The position numbers and the translations under genes are program-made. 64,000 bases of DNA. It comes from Lama glama (lineage: Eukaryota). Shown piece by piece: positions 1 to 12,611 of the stretch (the first letter of the stretch is position 1; every line of letters starts with the position of its first letter). Below the pieces are notes generated by a model. The model made no database searches. It worked only from the letters and a program-made list of their open reading frames with translations, and had not been told where the DNA came from. The stretch is taken from the NCBI GenBank assembly GCA_028534125.1, contig CM052816.1:95544001-95608000 (forward strand), read 5' to 3'.

Positions 1-1283
1 TGACTTATCTCATTTAGCATAATGCCTTCAAGGTCCATCCATCCATCCATCCATCCATTTTATAGCAAAAGGCACGCTTTTCTTCTTTTTTAAGGGTGAC
101 TAACATTCCACTGTATGTGTGTGTGTATATATCTCACATCTTCTTTATCCATTCATCCAGAGATGGGCATTTAGGTTATTTCCATATCTTGGCTATTGTG
201 AATAATGTTGCAATGAACATGAGGGTGCAGATATCTCTTTAAGATACTGATTTCATTTCCTAAATATACACCCAGAAGTAGGATTGCTGGATCATATGGT
301 AGTTCTATTTTTAATTTTTGAGGACTCTCCATATTGTTTTACATAATGGTTCTACCAACTTACATTCCTACCAACAGTGCACAAGGATTCCTCTTTCCTC
401 TACACCCTCGCCAACACTCTTCTAGGAATGTTACAGTTTCAGTTCTGTGTTTAAATCTTTAATCCCTTTTGAGTTAATTTTTGTGAGTGGTGTAAGACAG
501 AGGTCCAATTTCATTCTTCTGCATGGGATCATCCAGTTCTCCCTACACCGTTTATTGGCGAGACTATTCTGTCCTTACTGAGTATTCTTGGCTCTCTTAT
601 CAGATGTTAGTTGACTGTACATGTACAGGTTTACTTCTGGGCTCTAGATTCTGTTCCACTGGCCCATGTGTATATTTTTATACATACTGTTTTGATTAGT
701 ATGACTATGTAATAAAGTTTGAAATCAGAAAGTGTGATGCCTCCAGCTTTGTTCTTTCTCAAGACGGCTTTGGCTATTTGAGGTCTTTTGTGATTATAAA
801 CAAATTTTAGGATTGCTTTTTCTATTTCTGTGAAAAATACCATTGGAATTTTGATAGAGATTGCATTGAATCTGTAGATTGCTTTGGGTAGTATGAATAT
901 TTTAAGAATATTAATTCTTCCAATCCATGAACACAGGATGTCTTCCTATTTTTTAGTGTCTTCTTCAATTTCTTTCATTAAAGTCTTGTACTTTTCAGTG
1001 TACACCTCCCTGGTTAAGTTTATTCATAATTATTTTATTGTTTTTAATGCTTTTGTAATTGTTTTGTTTATTTTGCTGTTAGTGTATAGAAATGCAACTG
1101 ATTTCTGATTTTTAAAAAATTTTGTATCTTGCAACTTTACTAAATTTGTTTTTTAATCTTAATAGTATTTAGGTGATCTTTAGGATTATCTGTATGTAAG
1201 ATTGCATCATCTGCAAAAAGAGACAATTTTACTGTTTCTTTTTCGATTTGGATGCATTTTGTTTCCTTTTCTTGCCTAATTGT
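1..1283 (-). mobile_element. LINE-1 3' portion (ORF2 C-terminus + 3'UTR), old L1M-type, with internal deletion near 418
   Basis: ORF 631..843 reads [43 protein letters not shown], typical of L1 ORF2. 3'-end motifs such as 'ggattgctggatcatatggtagttctatttttaattttttgagg' are present. Confidence 0.95.
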
Positions 1284-1589
1284 CAGTCATGAGATTTTGT
1301 GGTTATTTGTCATGTAGGATTATTGTAGCAGTAGCTGAGTAATAAAGAGGCTTCCTTTATATGTCTAGATATCCTTGGCTGGTGGTTCACTTTGGGGAAT
1401 GGAGCACTGAAAAGGTGCTCGAGACTGGGTACATAGACGGGGCTTTTTGGCTGTATCGTGACTGTGCGGTGATATAGCCATTTGGTGGGGAGCCTTCAAA
1501 TGTCAGTGTCTGCAGATCTTGCTATTGTGCCACCGCTTTTCCTGGATGTCCTTGTCCCTTTACTGGAATTTACGTCCACAACCTGATGG

Positions 1590-1808
1590 ATATCTGTTAT
1601 ATCCTCATATAGCAGAGAGTGAGAGGGAGAAAGAGGGAGAAAGCTCTTGGGTCTCTACTCATGAGGGCACTAATCCCATTCATGGAGGCTCCACCCTCAA
1701 GACCAGATCATCTCCTAAAGGTCTCACTTCCTAATTCCATCATATTTGGGGTTAAGATTTCAACATATGAATCTTGGGGAGGACGCAAACATTAAGTCCA
1801 TAAAACAT
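1590..1808 (-). mobile_element. MaLR (MLT1A/MST-like) LTR fragment
   Basis: 'gagggcactaatcccattcatggaggctccaccctc...atttcaacatatgaatcttggggaggacgcaaacattaagtccata' matches the MLT1A-type terminus. Confidence 0.85.
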
Positions 1809-3439
1809 CATGAGATAAAGAGTCTGAAGTGGATAATGCTGAACTCCAGGGGCCCTGATGCCGGCTTACCTCCCATACAAGTCAGCAGGTGCTTCCCTGA
1901 TCTTCTTGCCTCTCCTGCTTGACATGGAGGGGTCAGAAGCTGCATTCAGCAAGCAGTGATAGAAGCACAAGCTTTGCTGTCCATCATTCCACTTAACAAC
2001 ACTGGTTTTAATTTTAGCAGACATTGCCTATGTTTTTTCCTCAGCATTTTTTCCGGAGTACTTTATTTTTTTTTAAACTCAACTCTTCTGGCCTTCCCTG
2101 TTGTATGCCCTCTTGGGACTTTCAGATCAGTGGTATTGCTATTTCTAACATTTTACAGGGATAACCAGTCCCACTGAATGCTCCGCACACTTCCCTTTTC
2201 CCTTTGCTCTTGCTAGATATGTTCCATTTCCCATTTTATGACTTCTCACTTCTTCAAACTGCCCTTTATGGCTTGAAGTTCCACATTGTAATTTGAAAAG
2301 TAGAACACTAAAATCTCTGTTTCTGAATGATCTGCTAACTACTGGGCTGTAATTGTATTCAAAATTGATAGTTCAGCCAAAACTTTAACTATTTTATTCA
2401 ACTTGAGGGGTATTTTTGTAGCTTATTATTCTTGCTTATAGCTTTACCTAGAGCTTTTATTTCACAGTTATATTTTGTACCATGTTAAATATTTTTCCAT
2501 CTATTTGCACAAAGCTAGATAAAAACGTTAACAAGGACATAAAAGCCATATGTTAAACCAGGAATAGTATTGGAATCAGGAATGATATACCGCATCATCT
2601 TACTTTTATTTTTTTCTGAGATTTATTACTATGGAGAAGATTCAACCCAAGAATATGATGGCTAATACAGTTATACCAAATTTCCAAACAGCTAAAATTA
2701 TGAAGCTAAAACTTCTTTCGTATGCTGACTGGAAATGAAAAGGAAAATATGTTCAGATAAATGTCCTGGGGTAGAAAAAGCAAAACCAACCACACAGAGG
2801 AAACATGTCTTGCTTGTTGTATGTGTTAGATGGGGTGTGCTCCTGCTGAGAGCTGTTTCATCATTTTAGTCCCTCTTGTGTGAGTGGTTTCCCGCAGCAC
2901 ACTTAACCTGAGGGGAGTTAGGAAGCCGTGTGGAGGATGGCAGCGCACCACTGCCGTTCTGCTCTCTCCCCATCAGTGAAGGGCAGTGGCTGTTAACCTA
3001 GGATCCCTGGAGTCCCCGAGCCCCCGGGTCCCCGGGCTGGCTTTGTGTAGTACGAGGGGGCAGGACGTGGGTTATGTGTGTATTTGTGGAAAGTGGGTCC
3101 GTATCTTTCATCACATTCTTCGAAGGGTCCGTGATCTTCCAAATGCCAAGAATGGCATGTAACAACTTCTCCGTTTTACGGAAGACTATTTTAGGAATTA
3201 TTTTGACTATTACAAAAGGGCTAATGGGTATTAAGCACATTATTAATAATAAATGTGTATGATTATGTGCAAGGACTGTTCTAAACACTTGCTAAAAAAT
3301 TTTTATGGATAATCTCAAATGGATACCAAGTAGGGGAGGCAGTAAAATGATTCTCCACGTGCTCGTCACCCAGCTTCAGTCTTCATCAGCATTTTGCTGG
3401 TTATTCTTAGCCGCTGAAATGCCAGGCCTGATACAACTG

Positions 3440-3600
3440 CCATAACGACCTGAGAGGTGGGCACCCTTGATAGCCCTTCTACAGGTGGGGACACTGAGGC
3501 CTGGAAAGGCTCAGCCGCTGGCTGGCGGTGGCGCAGCTAGTGAATGGGTGGGTGGCAGGACTGGGACTTGAACCAGGGGCCGGCCAGCTCGCCCACCCTC
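3440..3600 (-). mobile_element. MIR SINE fragment
   Basis: MIR core 'tacaggtggggacactgaggcc...gcagctagtgaat...ggcaggactgggacttgaacc'. Confidence 0.75.
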
Positions 3601-3834
3601 AGCTCAGGCCACTAGGCGTCTCCCCTCTCCAGGAGCTGCCTCTTGTGGCGGCTCTGTGGCCCATTACTCTAAGTTCCTACTCACTCCTGGGTCCTGTGCC
3701 TGGATTCCCTAGAAATACTTCCATCTGGGAAGCAGCTGCCGTTTACTGAGCATCTCCTTAGCTTTACACACGGCTTTATTCGATTTTTTCTGCCTGCTTT
3801 TTTTTTAATGTATTCTTCCTGCCTTTATTTTAAT

Positions 3835-3985
3835 AAAGACTCTCAGAGAGAAGTGTTTTATTCCCACTTTACAGGTGAGGAAACCTCAGAACAGAAGTTA
3901 GGCGACTTGACCAAAGTTACACCTAATGAGTGTTGGAGTTGGTGCTGGAATGCAGACTTTCCGTCTTCTCACCTCTCCAGCACAC
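3835..3985 (-). mobile_element. MIR SINE fragment
   Basis: 'cccactttacaggtgaggaaacctcagaacagaagttaggcgacttgaccaaagttacac'. Confidence 0.8.
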
Positions 3986-5664
3986 ACTGGGCTCCAGGCT
4001 CAGTTAAATGTGGCATGAAATTTTAAAAGAAAAAAATGTGCAGAGCATATTTTCTAGAAGCGAGTTCATGTTCATGTGATCAACTAATGGTGACTAGAAT
4101 TGGCCACCTAACCAGAAACTGCAGCCATTTCAGCAGAGGGGAGGGTGTGGGGCTGACTGAGTGACACCTCCTGCCCACGGGGCACTGGGGAGGTTCCCTG
4201 AGCCGCCTGGTCAGATTCTCAATGTCCAGGGCTGGCTCTTGACTCCCAATGCCACGCCGGGCCCTTGGGCATCGCAGTGCATGCTCCCCGGCGTTGTGCA
4301 CTCTTTTAATAGGGGAACAAGAGTCTTCCTCGAACTGGTGGATATCAGGGCCTTCCCTCACCCCTAGACAGTGAGATCTGTTCTCTGGAACCAGACGTAC
4401 CATCACCTGTCGTCCGCTGGAAGGTACCACGGCTGCCATCTTACTAAGACAAGCACCCCGGCGAGTGGGATTCCAGCATTCAGAAGACGCTCCCGTTCTT
4501 CACACGGCGACTGGCCCAGCTTCATCTGTGTCATCCAACCACCTCGTCCCAACACGTTACCTCTACCCACAGGGACGAGGGAACAGGGAGGATTTTGCTC
4601 CGTGTGGACGTAGGTGGGAGAGCAAAAGCTATAGAATATTATAAAACGTTATTGTAAAAGTTATTATAAAAGTTGACCCTCCCTTCTATGTATGGCAATA
4701 ATTAATTTGCATTTTCCGTGTATTATGAGCCCATGTTACTGCTAGAACGTTAAGACACAATGATGATTTGACTAAATGGTTGATTAGAAAAGTCGTACAT
4801 ATTTATATATGTATAGAAAGCACTATGGGATATACATCCACCTGTTAATTAAAGCTTTTTTGGTGAGGGAACGGGCAGACTTGAGCAGCATTCCACATTC
4901 TACTTCACTCACTTTTTATTTAATTTTTAAAATTCATAATGAGCATGAATTATTTTCTATCATTGGAAAAAAACCCCCCAAAATATAAAGGATAGACTAG
5001 AGAGGTTAATCCCTGGAGTTCACCCAGAGGTGGGATGCTGTCAAAAAAACCTAGAGTGTTTCAGCCCATGCATTCCTGTCTCTCTGCTCCCTCTCCCCAT
5101 CCCTGCGGGCACTGTTTCATTGCCTGAGTAACTCAGAGCACGCCCAGAGTTACCCCTTGTTCCGACAGCACTCTATAAGAGGTGTAGTGGAGAAGGCTTC
5201 ACCCACTCTGGACCCTGGTGCGTCAGCTTACTTGTACAATCATTTGAGAATTTAGACAGCTTGCAGCTTGCAGCTTAGCAACCTTGCAGCCACCCCCTGC
5301 CCATCTCTGATGGGTGGACTTCATCAGGGAAGATGGCTGTGGTGGAGGACGCCAGAAGGACCACATTGTCCTCCTTTCTGATATCCCTCTCTGAAGGGAC
5401 ACCAGAGCAATCTGGGGAGAAGCAAAATTTGTCTTCCTTTTGGGAAGAGCACAGCTCATAGAACCAAACAGCTCTGTTTGTACTCCCAGGAGGGAGAGAG
5501 GGTGGATGTAACTTCATGAAGTTGAGGGACACTTCTGAAAAATAGGAAGGAACATTGTCCTCATTTCAGGTCATTTCTGAAGGTGGGACACTTGCCTCAT
5601 GCCTCAGACCCACAGGGAAGAAGCTGGGGGCCTCACTGTCCCCATTCTCCAGGCCTCCAGAGCT

Positions 5665-5800
5665 GGAACAGGCCAGTTACTTAACCACTCTGGGCCTCAG
5701 TTTCCTCATGTGGAAAAGTGGGAAATAACGATTGTTGTGAGGGTTAAATGCATGAATAGAGGTGTGCCGCTAGCCTTTGATAAATGTTAGCTGTTGCTTT
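5665..5800 (+). mobile_element. MIR SINE fragment
   Basis: 'cagttacttaaccactctgggcctcagtttcctcatgtggaaaagtggg...gttgtgagggttaaatg...taaatgttagct'. Confidence 0.85.
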
Positions 5801-6699
5801 TGTTATATATGGTGGGAGGTCCCACAGAGGATGGATGGTGTGGGTCACGGTCAGGACTGCTGCAGGCTCAGTGAGCCCAGGACGTGGGACGTGGACCATG
5901 GAACTGTAGTTGTGGTTCCTTATGTAGCACTGCCTAGACCCCCCGCCCCAACCTCAGAGTACAGAATGATGAATTCTGGGCTCCGAGCGTCTCTGTCCTG
6001 GTGGGTTGCTCCTCCACGAACGCTGCACTGACTGTTAAATTTTGGACCTGCCCCTTTGAGCATCTAGGAAAGCCATGGAGTGTTTTGTTCTCGTACATGT
6101 GACCTTACCGCAGGAATACCTTTCACACTGTTTGCTGTCTCAGTTGTATACTGACATGGACTCAATTCATGCTTTCAGCTCCAGTCAATATTAATACCCT
6201 GGCTAGACTCTGTGGTCTGGCCCAGCTCCCAAAACCATGCCCAAATCAATCTCCATGGCTGAGGGGATGGAATAATCTATTTGATTTTAGCCAGTCAGGC
6301 ACAAGCCTTAAATGGGGTGGGGTGGGGAGGGTGGAGTCAGTTTTTTTCAATCGCAGAGCTAAGTGGTGAGGGAGGTTTGTAAAGACTTCTGGAGTTCTGT
6401 GCCTTAAAGAAAGGGAAATAATGCTGGGGGAGGAAAGAGCGGATGTCTGCTTCATTTGTGAGCATTTTCTACATGTATGTACTGTTCAGATGGCTGGGCC
6501 AGATACTTGCAGACTTCAGTGTTTTTATTTCTTTATGAACTTTTTTCTTCGTAATGGGAAGTCTAAGTTTTATTTTGTTTTTCCAAGAAGTAGGAGCAAT
6601 GCTGGATAGCTCTCCTTCACAAGTATAGGTGTTGCATTTGAGTTATTCGGTTAGTAACAGAGCCAGTCTCTGCACTGGAGACACAAAGATGGGAAAGTC

Positions 6700-7310
6700 T
6701 GTTAATTGGTGTAACACAAGCTGCTGTAACAAAAAGACCTCAAACCAGAGAAGCTTAATGTGTCAGCCATTTGAAAGGTGTTCTGAGGGGCATCTTTCAG
6801 GTTGGCAGGTGGCTCTGCTCCATGAGGTCACTCAGGGACTTGGACTGACTGTGGGCTCTGCAGTTTTCAACACATGTCTTTCAAGGTCACCCTCATCCTT
6901 GGCACTCCAGCCACTAGGAAGGGGGTAAAGAATGTGGCGGGGGGAGTACGCAAGATTTCAGGAACCAGGTTTGGAAACAGCACCTATCACTCCCGCTCAA
7001 TCAAGTTCCTTTCTTCCAGAAAGTTACTGTCTAGTCTCTTAGGACATGCTCAGTTTATGGATAATTTTTTTCCCTCTTTCTAGCTTATTGTATTCTTCTT
7101 CTTTTTTTTTTTTACTTTATTTTTTGGGGTGGGGTAGATAATTAGATTTTTACTTATTTATTTATTTTAATGGAGGTACTGGGGATTGAACCCATGACCT
7201 CGTGCATGCTAAGCACACACTCTACCACTGAGCTCTACCAGGACGTGCTCAGTTTAATGGGGAAGATCAGCATGTGAGTCAGAGGCAGAGGAAGTATAGG
7301 TCTTCAGCAG
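6700..7310 (-). mobile_element. Old MLT1 (J/K/L-like) LTR, interrupted by a SINE
   Basis: 'gctgctgtaacaaaaagacctcaaa...ggctctgctccatgaggtcactcagggac...ttcaaggtcacc'. Confidence 0.65.
7057..7239 (-). mobile_element. tRNA-Ala-derived camelid SINE (vic-1-like), long-tail form
   Basis: Reverse complement GGTAGAGCTCAGTGGTAGAGTGTGTGCTTAGCATGCACGAGGTCATGGGTTCAATCCCCAGTACCTCCA is a tRNA-Ala(AGC)-like head, followed by an A-rich tail. A 16-bp TSD lies at 7041-7056 and 7240-7255. Confidence 0.93.
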
Positions 7311-7584
7311 TCGTTTTTCTACCTCACATCCTACACTTTACAGTTCCAGATTGTCCCAACTCTATGAGCTACTCAGAAGAAAAGAACTTTTTTCTTTTCA
7401 AAAGATGGAAACACAATGCTTCCTGTTACATAGAACAAGGCCATATTAAAAATTTTTATTTCCCCCTTATATCTGTTTCTAATAAGCTATTTCTTTTTAT
7501 TAGTGATGCTGTTAAGTTTTATATATCTTATTGTAGCTCCGGGTCATTCTTAGTCTCCATTCCTTGGAAAAAAAATCAAATAAA

Positions 7585-7770
7585 TCCAAGCATTTATTGA
7601 AGATTTATAATGTTCCAGGTTCATATTCCTGTTCCCTCCTCAACCTAATGACCACAACAAACCTGTAAAGGGGTATTAATATTTCCATTTTACAGCTGCG
7701 GACACTGAGGCTCAGAGAACTTAGGAAATGTCAAGATCATGCATCAGTAGGGATAAAGCTGTGTGTTCGT
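7585..7770 (-). mobile_element. MIR SINE
   Basis: 'catttattga...acaacaaacctgtaaaggggtattaatatttccattttacagctgcggacactgaggctcagaga'. Confidence 0.8.
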
Positions 7771-10700
7771 TAGGGCCACACTAGTTGCTGAATAAGCACA
7801 CCTCTGCTTTTCAGGACGTAACATGTACACATCTGTTTCTCACTCATGGGACAGTCCAGCTGGGGCTTCCCAGGTGATGAGTGGCTTTTGTCCCCTGGCT
7901 CCTTCTTTCCTGTGGTTCTGCTGTTTCTCTGTAGGACCTCGGAGTGCTCAGCATCCAGCTGGCTTCCACCAAAACTCATGCCTTTTCATTATTCTGGAAT
8001 CCCATCTTCCTCCATGAGTATACTGTGTCATGGTTTTGCTCGCATGTGGTGATTTTTATATTTTCATCTTTTCCTGGTAAATGGTGCCATTACCAGCATT
8101 TTCAAAACAAAGTGTGTAAAACTTAATGTAGGGTTTTTTTTTGTCTCCTAATTTTCTATTTCCAAAAAAATAGCAGAGAAGCAATATATTTTTCAGACTC
8201 TCAAATATCAGCCTTATACTTTCCTTTAGCTTTTTGTCAGTAAAACTGTATTTCTTGACAGTGTCTATTTTTTTTTTTTTTTGCATTTCTCCCCTTCTCA
8301 TATCCCACCTTAGGGGTTGCTTCTGTCGGTGTTTTGACAGATGCCTGGCTCAAGCAGGCTCCCATGGAGAATGGATGTGCCTTGGTTCTGTGTTACCGCT
8401 CAGGCTACTAACATCTCCTTAAATGGATTCACCACAAGTCACTGCTGGCCTTTCCAAGCTTGTCGGCCACAGGTGGGGATGTTTCCAGCACTTCCTAGAG
8501 CTCCCTGAACCTTGTTCCACACTTGGCTTGCTTCTCATGAAAATCCTAGATTGGTTAGGGAAAAATAATTCTCCCTGGTTGTGGGGCCAAGACTTTGAGA
8601 AGAAATGTCTATAGTATATTGTTACGAATTCTTTCTCAGTGAGCCGCTCTGGGGCCTGAGATGAGGGGCCTGAGATTTCATAGCCGTGGAGGATGGATGA
8701 ACAGGAGGATGAAAGGTTAAAGGTACCAGCCTGTTTATTAGCTGTATCCCGGGACCCGGTCATCAGCGTACGTATTCTCCGGATACCTTTTTTCCGAGAC
8801 TGTCACTGTCCATCACTTGCTTCCAAGAAACATACCGTTTTGCATGGTCATTCATGGAACTTGGCTGCCGAACAGGGAGGCGGCTGAGTTTTCTGCAGCA
8901 CTGGACAGGTGCTGCGACAAACCTGGGCGCGTGCAAATCTGACACACTACCCTCACCGGCCCCACCAGAAGCAGAAGTCGGGGTGGCCAGGAGCACTCCA
9001 TTCGTAGAACCGAGGGCTCCACATGGGCTGAGCTCAGAGGCTTCGCTCCGCCCCTGTCTCGCTAGGTCTCTGAGTGTACGCTGAAAGTGATGAGAGCAGG
9101 CTGTTGCTGCCCACGTGAGCTTGGCCGGGAGGTCCACCTCGCAGGGGCTTAGGTGTAAAGTAGGGCCGCTGTCTCCCTGGAGAGTCCAAAAGTTGAACCT
9201 CTGGGTCTCTGGGATGCAAACAGAAGAGCGGTGGTGACGTGGATGTGTGTGCAGGAAGCGACGCTTAGCCTCTCACCTCAGTATTACGTTTCCAGTTGCT
9301 CTTTAAGACACCTCTTAAATCATGGTAATTACTGAATTTCCTAGATTCCAGGATATCACTGATTGTAAAACACATTATCAATTTAACAACAGTATATTTG
9401 GTGTGTTGAGGAAGAGAAGAAAATACAGCTGTTTAAAATGTGCAATTTGACTGCAAAACACATTCCAAATTTTAGAAATGATAAAATGTGATGGAACGGT
9501 AAAATGTTTTAGCTCAAGGAACTATACGAGAAAAGATTTCCTGCTTTAGGCTAGAGCAAGACCAGCTCCTTGGGCAGCTGCAGAGGCTTTTTCTTTTCTT
9601 CCAGATCAGCTGTCCCTTTTCTAGCAGTGGTTTTGGGTCTGCAATTACAGGAATCGGCAGAAGCCAGGGGCTTTAGCACCATGACTCCCGCAGGGCGATT
9701 TGTGGTTGTAATTTCTTGCTGTTGTCTGTTCCACCGCCCACCTAGCTAGCGCTGAAACCCCGCTGTGAGCCAGTGGACCCCTAGGGAGTGAATTTGCAGG
9801 AAGATAAATTCCCCTGTCCCTGCCTACATTTGAATGCTATCGTGGAAATGGAATAGAATACAGATCATCCCCAAATTGAATTCTGTGTACCTGCTCTGCT
9901 AAGTAGAAAATTGCATATCAAATAGGTTCCTAGACTTGGCTCCGTCTAGACATAAAACTTGCTTCCAGTTTTTAAAGTTCTTGGGCATTCAGGCATGTGA
10001 AACCCGTTTGCCCTAATCATTTCAGGATCGCAGTCATTTTGTTTTGGAGGGAGTTTTTACTGCCTACTGACAACTCCTATGCCCGTCCTCCCTACAGTGT
10101 TCTCAAAGATGCTGTGTTCACCTCTGTGACAGCATTGGCACCCCGAATTGGATCCGAGTCTCATTTTGTAATAAGCGTTTAGTATCAGAAGCAACACACA
10201 TCGTTGCGTAATAGATGTATATTCAATGCATGAGTGCAGGGAGAACTGGCTGGCATTAGAGCCTCTAAAGGTCCTTCTTGTGTGGACTGAGCCCTGGAAG
10301 GGAGCGCGTTGCCCCTCTCCTATGTGTAGGGCACGTGGGGGAGATGGTAACTAGTGTCTGATTGGTGTCTGAGCATAATTTTCTCGTTGACGTAACTTCT
10401 CACTAGGCCCTCTGTCTCTGCTTCCTCTAGAGACTGGTGGATGCTGTGGGCTTGAGGAACCCACAGAGGCTGGTTGTGCCATTGCAGCTGTGGCAGTTCT
10501 GTTCAGCCCCCAGGCAGCTGCACAATTTAGCAGAGCAGGAAGGGGGATGCCAATCACAAAGTGAAAATGCATAGACATGAGGGTCCAAGTAGGATTCGTG
10601 CCAGTTGTTGGCAGAATGGGTGGCTCCAGGCAAAGGATTATTTGGGGATCATCAGAAAGACCAAAGACGGTTTCCTCACTCATCCAACAGCACAACAGTT

Positions 10701-11029
10701 TTTACCATTAGTGCTCTGCTCCTTTGGGGTTGAAATCTTTTATTTTCAAGCATCCTAAGCAAAATAAAGCTTCATGACAGGGACTTGTGTCGGGGAGGGC
10801 ATAAACTGAGTGTCAAAGAAATTAAAAAACAAGATCTGAATGTTGTCCTGAGATGACTTTGCCAAGGGGAAACTTTGCTCTCATTCTGAGACTTGTGAGA
10901 CGCTCCCCTGGGCAAGGGCCTGGGGGTGGGGCCTGAGCTGATTGATTGGCAGGGGAAAGAACCCCAGATTAGAGGCCCCACCCTTTGATTTTTCCCTCTG
11001 GGTCTCAGGGTTTAGATAGGCAAATCTCA

Positions 11030-11620
11030 CTGCTTCCTGTGGGGGTGGTTTTCCCTGGGGGTGCTACATAAGAATCGGGGTCGGGGGGCATTTTTGGTTG
11101 TGACAGTGAGGGGGATGCTCTGCTAGCATTTAGTGAGCGTGGCCTGGGAACACTATGCGTCCTGCAGTGCGTGGGGCAGTACTGCCCTCTGCAGGATTGC
11201 CCTGAGTCCTGCCAGACTCTCAGATGTCCCATGGGACTTTCTTATGGGTGAAAATACCCTCTGTTTTCCACATGCACGGGTGTGAGGTACCCTAAGCTTT
11301 TGGGAGGCAGCCACCCTGTAAATAATTTTGCTTTGAACTTGACTAAGTTGGAGCTGGAAAGTCACTTGTGATGGTTGACTTACCAGTGTAGTCCACCTCT
11401 GTCCACCTGCTTCTGTGGCTTTCATGTTTGTGAAGTTTCTAAGGTCAGCAGCGAGCATCTGGCTACTGTACCACATCCTCCAGTGTTGCGTTCTCTGAGC
11501 ATTTCTGTGTTGAAATATGTGTTCATTTTATTGCAAGTTTATTTTCCCCTTTTTATTACGATTAGGGCATTATGTTGATTATTTTTTATGTTTGTGTTAG
11601 GATTTATGTGTTTATTATAT
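11030..11620. mobile_element. hAT-Charlie MITE (MER20/MER20B-like); apparently resumes at about 12230-12320 after an L1 insertion
   Basis: 'ggggcatttttggttgtgacagtgagggggatgctctgctagcatttagtg...tcctgcagtgcgtggggcag' is a MER20-family motif. Confidence 0.7.
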
Positions 11621-11624
11621 GTGT

Positions 11625-12232
11625 ATTTTTAAATCATCTTAACCACTTTAAAAGTGGTTAAGTACAGTTCAGAATTTTTTTATCTTGCAAAACTGAAGCT
11701 CTGTACACAAACAACAACCCTCTCTCCCTAGCCCCAGTTAACTACCATTCTACTTTCTGTTTCTATGGATTTGACTACTTTATGTACCTCATATAAGTGG
11801 GATCATACAGAATTTGTCTTTTTGTAACTGGCTTATTTCACTCAGTGTTCTCAAGGGTCATCCATGTTGTAACATGTAACATCTGTCTTTTTAAGGCAGA
11901 GTAATATTCCATTGCATGTTCAGACCACATTTTGTCTTTCCTTGTATCGTCAGTGGACACTTGAGTTGTTTCCACCTCTTGGCGGTTGTGAATAATACTG
12001 CTCTGGACACGACAGCCTGCTTCCATTTCCTTTGGATGTGTGCCCAGAGTGGGGCTGCGGGATCATATGGTAATTCTACTCTAATTTTTTGAGGAAACTC
12101 CATACTGTTTTCCATAGTGGCTGCACCATTTACCATTTCCACCAACAGTTCACAAGGGTTCCAGTTTCTCCACATCCTCTCCAACACTTATTATTTTCTG
12201 TTTTGTCTTGATAGTAGCCACCTTAATGAGTG
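11625..12232 (-). mobile_element. LINE-1 3' end (L1MB-like)
   Basis: Frames read [11 protein letters not shown] and MEYYSALKR. Also 'actaccattctactttctgtttctatggatttgactact'. Confidence 0.93.
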
Positions 12233-12408
12233 CTATTATATATTTTATATGGATTCTATTTCAAGGTAGTAAAGGGGTAGATAAAAATATTTGTTATCAG
12301 AAGGGTGGGAGGCCAACTGCTCTAGGTATCTCCGTGTTATGACAACAGTCTTATTAACTTACTCTCTTCAAACATTGTTAGAAAACACCTTGCCCTTCGT
12401 CTTCTCTA

Positions 12409-12498
12409 TTTTTTCTTTTTTAATGAAGGTGCTGGGGATTGAACCCAGGACCTTGTGCTTGCTGAGCATGCGCTCTACCACTGAGCTAGACCCCACCT
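12409..12498 (-). mobile_element. tRNA-Ala-derived camelid SINE (vic-1-like), short form
   Basis: 'ggtgctggggattgaacccaggaccttgtgcttgctgagcatgcgctctaccactgagcta'. TSD cccttcgtcttctcta (12393-12408) / cccttcctcctctcta (12499-12514). Confidence 0.93.
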
Positions 12499-12611
12499 CC
12501 CTTCCTCCTCTCTAGCAACACTCTGCTGCTCCCATTGCTGACCCTTGGCGCCAGCTTTGTCTAGTGCAGCCTCTGTGGCTTTCCTTTGTTCTGTGGAGAA
12601 TTAGGCAGTTT

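Noticed and set aside
4080..4613. CpG-containing overlapping ORFs or a possible plus-strand exon at about 4313-4611
   Set aside because: All three frames of the candidate exon contain stops, the acceptor is weak and no peptide is recognisable.
4637..4674. Three approximately 12-bp AT-rich tandem units (also 7-bp units at 5258-5291)
   Set aside because: Ordinary slippage repeats with no spacers; not CRISPR-like.
7169..7239. Apparent tRNA-Ala(AGC) gene (also at 12425-12495 and 27162-27237)
   Set aside because: A-rich tails, TSDs and mutated stems and boxes show these are SINE retrocopies, not tRNA genes.
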